DNA of 64,000 bases from the NCBI GenBank assembly GCA_963734895.1, contig CAVTIN010000004.1, positions 278,965-342,964 of the forward strand. Direction: 5' to 3'. This DNA comes from an uncultured Chloroflexia bacterium. Its GTDB lineage: Bacteria > Chloroflexota > Limnocylindria > Limnocylindrales > CSP1-4. Under the pieces are notes generated by a model. The model worked only from the letters and a program-made list of their open reading frames with translations, was not told the origin of the DNA and searched no databases. Below, piece by piece: positions 59,122 through 64,000 of the stretch. A program made the position numbers and the translations under genes. How positions within the stretch are numbered: position 1 is the stretch's first letter; the number at the start of each line of letters is the position of its first letter.

Positions 59122-60131
59122 CAGCCGGGGCCCCGGGTCGATGGCGTCGCCGTGGACTCCACGGCCGCCCGAGCCGCCCTGACCAGGTGCGGCGCGGAGT
59201 CCATCGGGATCACGCAATCGGGGCCCACGATGACCCCGCGAGGGGTCGGCCCGAGGGCCCTGATCGCCGACTCGCGAACGCTCTCGATGGTCCCGTCGCG
59301 CAGCTCATTCCAGGCATCGATGCCACCGACGATCCCGAGCGACGTCCGAGTCCGGGCATCATCGATGGTGGGGCCGGCAAGCCGGTCGTGCCAGTTCAGG
59401 CCAGTGACCGGCAGCTCTGTCAGCTCGTCGAACCACAGGAAGTCGCCGTGGCTGTGGAGCAGCACGATCGTCCCGTCGGGTACGGCTCCCAGCAGGCGCT
59501 TCGCGTAGGCAACCTCCCAGCGCTCGAACTCGTCCTTCGTCAGGACATCGGCGGTACCCGTCTGCATCGCGTAGAACAGGTCAGCACCGCGGTCGATCGC
59601 ATCCGCGATGAGCTTCGCGGTGACCTGCTCGATGACATCCATCCCGGCCGCAAATGCGTCGGGCTGCTGTCGCAGGTGGGCGATGGCTGCATCCCCGGCG
59701 AGCTTCTTGGCCGTCGTCAGCGGGCTGAAGATCGTCTGGAGCACCGGGACATCGGGCCCGATCGCGCGGACCGTCCGGGTCAACGCGTCGTTCACCATGC
59801 CCAGCACGCCGGCGCTGGTGTCCAGCGGGCGCAGCGCCTGCCAGTCATCTGCGGATCGAACGGGCAGACGGCGTACGGTGCGAATTCCGCGGGCGTTGTG
59901 CTCCCAGACCGTGTCGGCTCCCCAGTCGATGATCGTGTAGGTGCCCGTGGGCATGAACTTCACGAAGTCGAAGTCGAATTCCGCCTGGAAGCCGAGCATC
60001 GCGTCGCTCAGGCCTTCAGCAGTCATGTCGAGCCCCCCGAAGTGGCGCCACAGACTGATCGCCCCTCGATCGACCTCGCGTCCAGCCAGGGTTGCGACGA
60101 CGCGCTCACGGTGATTCATCTGGTCCATGTC
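59121..60131 (-). CDS. Uroporphyrinogen-decarboxylase (URO-D)-fold protein, MtaA/CmuA-like methyltransferase family
   Basis: About 336 aa. NHRERVVATLAGREVDRGAISLWRHF at the N-terminus and a TIM-barrel pattern shared by UroD and MtaA. The start (ATG near 60122-60131) is uncertain. Confidence 0.55.
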   Translation of the reverse strand, partial: DMDQMNHRERVVATLAGREVDRGAISLWRHFGGLDMTAEGLSDAMLGFQAEFDFDFVKFMPTGTYTIIDWGADTVWEHNARGIRTVRRLPVRSADDWQALRPLDTSAGVLGMVNDALTRTVRAIGPDVPVLQTIFSPLTTAKKLAGDAAIAHLRQQPDAFAAGMDVIEQVTAKLIADAIDRGADLFYAMQTGTADVLTKDEFERWEVAYAKRLLGAVPDGTIVLLHSHGDFLWFDELTELPVTGLNWHDRLAGPTIDDARTRTSLGIVGGIDAWNELRDGTIESVRESAIRALGPTPRGVIVGPDCVIPMDSAPHLVRAARAAVESTATPSTRGPG

Positions 60132-60135
60132 TTCC

Positions 60136-61566
60136 TCAATCCTCAATCGAGAATGCGGTCTGCCATCCGGGTGACCAGTCAACCGGATCGTAGTCGCCCG
60201 TGTGTGGATCCTGCGCGTAGGTCAGCCGTACCTCCCCTGTCACGACGGCGCGCATGCCTTCGAGGAACCGGTCCACCTCGGACGGCTCGTTGTAGGGAGC
60301 GAAGCTCACGCGGGTTGCACCCGGCACGGAACGCCTGTCTCCGGCACTGATCTGGTCCCGAACTCGATCGACCTCTGCGTCCGGCACATGGAGGAGGTCG
60401 ATGACATATGGATGGGCGCAGAAGCACCCATCCCTGACTCCGACGCCCCACTCGTTGCTGAGAACGGAGGCGACGTACGAGTGATGCAGCCCGGCGACGG
60501 TGAACGAGATCACCCCCAACCGATCGTCGAGCCGCGTTGGGTCCGCGCTTCCGAGCACGGTCACCCCTTCGAGCTCCGCCAGGCCCTGGAGCGTCCGCCG
60601 GGTGAGGTCGGCCTCCACGTTCTCCACTGCGTCGAACCCAATTCGTTCCACCGCCTTCACGGCGACGCCGAGGGCCACCGCCCCTACGACATTCGGGCTG
60701 CCGGCCTCGTTTCGGTCCGGTGCCTCGTCCCACAGCACGTGGTCCCGCGAGACGATCTTGACTGCTCCGCCTCCGGCCAGCAGCGGGGAGCCAGCCTCGA
60801 GCACCTCGCGCGGGGCCACCAGCGCGCCCGCTCCGAACGGCGCATAGATCTTGTGGCCGGAGAACACGACGTAGTCGAGATGGCCCGGATCGTCATGGGC
60901 CCGCATCTGGATCGGTCGATGAGCGGCCAGCTGGGCTCCGTCGACGAGGATCCGCGCGCCGTATCGGTGGGCAAGGACCGCCGCGTCGTGGATCGGGTTC
61001 ACGAACCCGGTCACGTTGGAGGCGCCACTCAGTGCGACAAGCTTGACGCGCCCGTTTCCTCGGCGCAGCACGTTCTCCAGCGAGTCCAGGTCGAGCTGGC
61101 CGGTCGGTCCCACCTCGATGTAGTCGAATGATCCCCGGCGCCGCCACGGCAGCATGTTGGAGTGATGCTCCATGACCGACAGCGCCACGGTGTCCTGGTC
61201 CCCTAGGTCGATGGCTGCTGCGAGCAGGTTCACAGCCTCGGTCGTGTGCTTCGCGAACACCACCACGTCGCGATCGGGGTCCGCGCCCACGAACTCGGAC
61301 ACCGCCGAACGGGCGTTCTCGTACGCCAGGGTCGACAGCCTGGACTTGTACCCGGCGCCGCGGTGGACGCTTGCATACCAGCCGAGCAGCTCATCCACCT
61401 TGTCGTGGACGATGCGCAGCGCGGGCGTGCTCGCCGCGTTGTCGAGATTCGCGTACCTGACGAGACCCCCTCCTGCGATCGGAACCTTGGCATCGACTCC
61501 GAGCCACAGGTTGCGGTCCGGCCACGGCGCGGACATCTCGACGGGGGCGGCGACGCTGGATGTCAT
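60136..61566 (-). CDS. Class V aminotransferase / cysteine-desulfurase-like PLP enzyme
   Basis: YANLDNAASTP, MEHHSN, VVFSGHKIYAPFGAGALV (PLP-Lys in SGHK), and a C-terminal RDGCFCAHP (persulfide-Cys-like loop). Confidence 0.75.
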   Translation of the reverse strand: MTSSVAAPVEMSAPWPDRNLWLGVDAKVPIAGGGLVRYANLDNAASTPALRIVHDKVDELLGWYASVHRGAGYKSRLSTLAYENARSAVSEFVGADPDRDVVVFAKHTTEAVNLLAAAIDLGDQDTVALSVMEHHSNMLPWRRRGSFDYIEVGPTGQLDLDSLENVLRRGNGRVKLVALSGASNVTGFVNPIHDAAVLAHRYGARILVDGAQLAAHRPIQMRAHDDPGHLDYVVFSGHKIYAPFGAGALVAPREVLEAGSPLLAGGGAVKIVSRDHVLWDEAPDRNEAGSPNVVGAVALGVAVKAVERIGFDAVENVEADLTRRTLQGLAELEGVTVLGSADPTRLDDRLGVISFTVAGLHHSYVASVLSNEWGVGVRDGCFCAHPYVIDLLHVPDAEVDRVRDQISAGDRRSVPGATRVSFAPYNEPSEVDRFLEGMRAVVTGEVRLTYAQDPHTGDYDPVDWSPGWQTAFSIED

Positions 61567-62270
61567 GCGGTGAGCTCCAGGGACTTCAGGCTCGGAGGAC
61601 GCGGGTCCTCGATCAGCGACTCGATCAGGTGCTGTCTGGACGCCTTGATTGCGTCGGCCATGAGCGACCGGGCCTTCTCCGGGTCGCCCTCGACGATCGC
61701 GGTGAGCAGCGCATGGTGCAGCACCCCAGGCGGCCCCGACATCGCCCGGAGTCGCTCTGAGTTGTAGAACCGCTCCACTTCCTCGTGGAGCCCGCCGATC
61801 ATGGCGGCCAGACGGGGCACGCCCGACGCCTCCGCGATGGCCACGTGGAACAGCCGGTTGAACGTGAGGCGTTCGGCTTCGGGTGAAGTCGCTGAGGTCG
61901 GTGACAGGGCGGTGCCTGACGCGTGGTCCGTCTCGCTCAGCTCGGCCAGGCGCTTGAGCTGCTCGCCTGTGGCTCGAGAGGCCGCGAGCGCCGACGCTTC
62001 GGGCTCCAGCAGCATGCGCAGGAAGAACGTGTGCTGCACATCCTGCACATCGATCGACTTCACCAGGGTGCCGCGCCTGGGCAATACCTGGACAAAACCC
62101 TCCTTGCGCAGGAGGTTGAGCGCTTCGCGGATGGGCGTCTTGCTCATCCCGTAGGCCACCGCCAGCTCGTTCTCGACGATGAGGTGGCCCGGACGAAGCT
62201 TGCAGCTGATGATGTCCCGCTTGAGATTGACGTAGGCCTGATCGGCGAGCGAAATCCGGGTTCGCGCCAT
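61563..62270 (-). CDS. GntR-family transcriptional regulator (FCD)
   Basis: PGHLIVENELAVAYGMSKTPIREALNLLRKEGFVQVLPRRGTLV. Confidence 0.85.
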   Translation of the reverse strand: MARTRISLADQAYVNLKRDIISCKLRPGHLIVENELAVAYGMSKTPIREALNLLRKEGFVQVLPRRGTLVKSIDVQDVQHTFFLRMLLEPEASALAASRATGEQLKRLAELSETDHASGTALSPTSATSPEAERLTFNRLFHVAIAEASGVPRLAAMIGGLHEEVERFYNSERLRAMSGPPGVLHHALLTAIVEGDPEKARSLMADAIKASRQHLIESLIEDPRPPSLKSLELTA

Positions 62271-62406
62271 CGGTCGGTTGCTCTCCAGGTGAGGTAGCGC
62301 ACGCTAGGTGATGCGCCGGTAATATATCACTCCGTCACAAGGTTGCCTGTTTCCAGCCCAAACTTCACGTCGCGGTGAGGATGGCGAGTTCGGCGGCGGC
62401 AGCATA

Positions 62407-62436
62407 TTGACACTCGATGGCATCGTCGTGGAATAT
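62407..62436 (+). promoter_or_regulatory. Candidate sigma-70-like promoter (TTGACA-18 nt-GAATAT) in the divergent GntR / opine-dehydrogenase intergenic region
   Basis: ttgacactcgatggcatcgtcgtggaatat. This region is locally AT-richer than the rest of the window. Short repeated AATAT(A)TCAC elements lie nearby (62316-62330 and 62432-62440). Confidence 0.3.
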
Positions 62437-62470
62437 CACGGCTTCAGCACAAGTGCATCAGGGTGGTTTT

Positions 62471-63508
62471 GTGAGAATCGCAGTCTTGGGAGACTCGGCC
62501 GCCGCGCTGGCGACAGCCGCCCTCGCGGGCCTGTCCAGCGGCGATCCGATCCTCCTCATGGGCTGGGCACCGGGAACTGCGCCCGCGGTGACGGCCGTCA
62601 CGCGTCTCGGCCGCCGAAGCCCCATCGTTGTCGCCGACGGGTCTGCGGGCGATGCAGATGCGTACATCGTCGTGACCGAGGCCGCGAACCTGCCGGCGCT
62701 GCTGCGCAGTCATGCAAGCCGGATGGCCGGACGGCCGGTCCTCCTGGCTCCCGGGAATGCCGGAGGGGCCGTCCTTGCGGCGGGCTCGTTCGCCGACACT
62801 CCGGGTGAGCCGCCGCGCTTCGCGGAGGTGACCGGGTTCCCGGCTCTCGGCGCACTTCGGGGGTCGAGCATCGATCTGTCCGCGGTCAAGCATCGGCTGC
62901 CATTCGCCGCTGTCGACAGCCAGACCGAGGCGCAGGATCTCGACCTGTTCCGTCGCTATCTGCCCGAGCTCGTCCAGAGCGACCTGCTGACGACGAGCCT
63001 GTCGAACACGAATCACGTGATCCATCCGCCCCTGGTCATCGCGAACGCGGAATTGATCGAAGCTGGTGCTCCGTTCCACTTCTACCGCGAAGGCCAGCTG
63101 GCGATCGGTGCCGGGATGATCGAGAGCATCGACCAGGAGCGTCTGGCCATCCTGGACCGGCTCGGTCTGCCGCGGGTGCGACTTGCGGACTGGATGTCTC
63201 GCTACTACGGCGAAGATGGTCTTCGGGGCGACACCATCGAGGACCAGCTCAGAGGCTTTGGACCGTTCGAGAACAGTCTGGGTCCAGCCAGCTTCCAGCA
63301 CCGGTACCTGCTCGAGGACGTGCGATATGGCCTCGCACCCATTGAAGCGCTGGGAGCCCGGATCGGGGTTGCCGTGCCCAACCTCCGCGACGTCGTAAGC
63401 GCGTCCAGCGAACTCGCGGGGACCGACCTTCGCTCGCACTCCGCGGGTCTGGCGGAATCGATCCTGGCGCGCGTGGAATCTGCGGATCGTCTGTCGAGCG
63501 TGCGATGA
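62471..63508 (+). CDS. NAD(P)-dependent opine (octopine/nopaline-type) dehydrogenase family protein
   Basis: VRIAVLGDSAAALATAALAG (Rossmann fold), and a C-terminal domain with the pattern typical of the octopine-DH C-terminal domain (HPPLVIANAELIEAG...WMSRYYG). The GTG start is chosen downstream of the putative promoter; the ATG at 62417 is possible. Confidence 0.6.
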   Translation: MRIAVLGDSAAALATAALAGLSSGDPILLMGWAPGTAPAVTAVTRLGRRSPIVVADGSAGDADAYIVVTEAANLPALLRSHASRMAGRPVLLAPGNAGGAVLAAGSFADTPGEPPRFAEVTGFPALGALRGSSIDLSAVKHRLPFAAVDSQTEAQDLDLFRRYLPELVQSDLLTTSLSNTNHVIHPPLVIANAELIEAGAPFHFYREGQLAIGAGMIESIDQERLAILDRLGLPRVRLADWMSRYYGEDGLRGDTIEDQLRGFGPFENSLGPASFQHRYLLEDVRYGLAPIEALGARIGVAVPNLRDVVSASSELAGTDLRSHSAGLAESILARVESADRLSSVR

Positions 63509-63545
63509 CGAATGTCCGACAAGGCTTTAGAAGGAGACCGGGTCA

Positions 63546-63902
63546 ATGAAACCGATGGTGACCATCGCGGCCGAGGAGCCGCTCCAGCCCATCCGAGCCG
63601 GCACCTGGAAGCGCGTCATCGCGTCGGGCGACCGCCTCAGGGTGGATGAGATCTTCCTGGATGCTGGCGTCGACACGGCTGATCATGGCCACAATGCGGA
63701 CCAGGTCGCCTACCAGGTCTCGGGGCGCTTCGAGGTGACGCTCGGTGGAGAGCCGGTCATTCTCGGCCCGGGCGACGGGTATGTGATCCCCGCCAACGCA
63801 CCACACCGAGTGCGATGTATCGAGAAGGGCTCGTACGTCCTCGCCACGGCACCTCAGACGGGGAACGCCGACCACGATCACCACGATCACTCTCACGCAT
63901 GA
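63546..63902 (+). CDS. Cupin-domain protein with a His-rich C-terminus
   Basis: GVDTADHGHNADQVAYQVSGRFEV...PANAPHRV (cupin motifs). C-terminal NADHDHHDHSHA. Confidence 0.7.
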   Translation: MKPMVTIAAEEPLQPIRAGTWKRVIASGDRLRVDEIFLDAGVDTADHGHNADQVAYQVSGRFEVTLGGEPVILGPGDGYVIPANAPHRVRCIEKGSYVLATAPQTGNADHDHHDHSHA

Positions 63903-64000
63903 GCCGGGGATGGTCCGATCGGTGCCGTCCACGGCGAGCGTCGTGCTCCTGTAACAGTCACACGTGGTAGCAACTATTCCTCAAGCGTCTTGACTCCATG

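Overview
High-GC (~70-72%) bacterial chromosomal window with about 55 protein-coding genes. Many adjacent genes overlap by 4 nt (ATGA/GTGA), which suggests translationally coupled operons. No rRNA, tRNA, CRISPR array, transposase, integrase or phage gene was recognised. Modules, in order: (1) <1-3.6 kb, minus strand: a sugar-lactone/sugar-acid operon (PTE-like lactonase, FAD oxidoreductase, KDPG aldolase that reads without a stop into an SDR that runs off the left edge). (2) 3.8-8.8 kb: a hypF-hypC-hypD-hypE [NiFe]-hydrogenase maturation operon with an apparent +1 frameshift in hypE, and no hydrogenase structural genes in the window. (3) 8.9-20 kb: PPK2 and a reductive pyrimidine/hydantoin catabolic island (NCS1 permease with a frameshift, beta-ureidopropionase-like CN-hydrolase, dihydropyrimidinase, an orphan PreA-like dehydrogenase, MmsA). 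(4) 22.5-25.1 kb: a full-length fused dihydropyrimidine-dehydrogenase-like gene broken across three reading frames by at least 6 indels and small tandem duplications. (5) 27.8-42.7 kb: an amino-sugar island (LarA-like DUF2088, SDR, two cupins, NagB, DegT aminotransferase, Gfo/Idh/MocA, neutral-ceramidase-like, SIS, GntR, ABC sugar transporter, NagA, PfkB kinase). (6) 42.9-44.6 kb: a LamG-fold protein whose fold is interrupted by about 330 aa of beta-propeller-like repeats, followed by a 10-nt microsatellite. (7) 44.7-49.2 kb, minus strand: an operon-like array of atypical LuxR response regulator / hexahaem cyt c / Tat-type 4x[4Fe-4S] NrfC-like protein with a Pro/Glu-rich repeat extension / NrfD-like membrane subunit / pentahaem cyt c, with no catalytic subunit. 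This is the most system-like unexplained block. (8) 49-64 kb: transporters and regulators (ClC, MarR, CaCA, TetR, FMO, K+ channel, CDF) and an LLM / UroD-like / class-V aminotransferase / GntR / opine-dehydrogenase / cupin cluster. All homology statements come from reading the translations by eye; no database search was run. Coordinates are approximate to within a few nucleotides.
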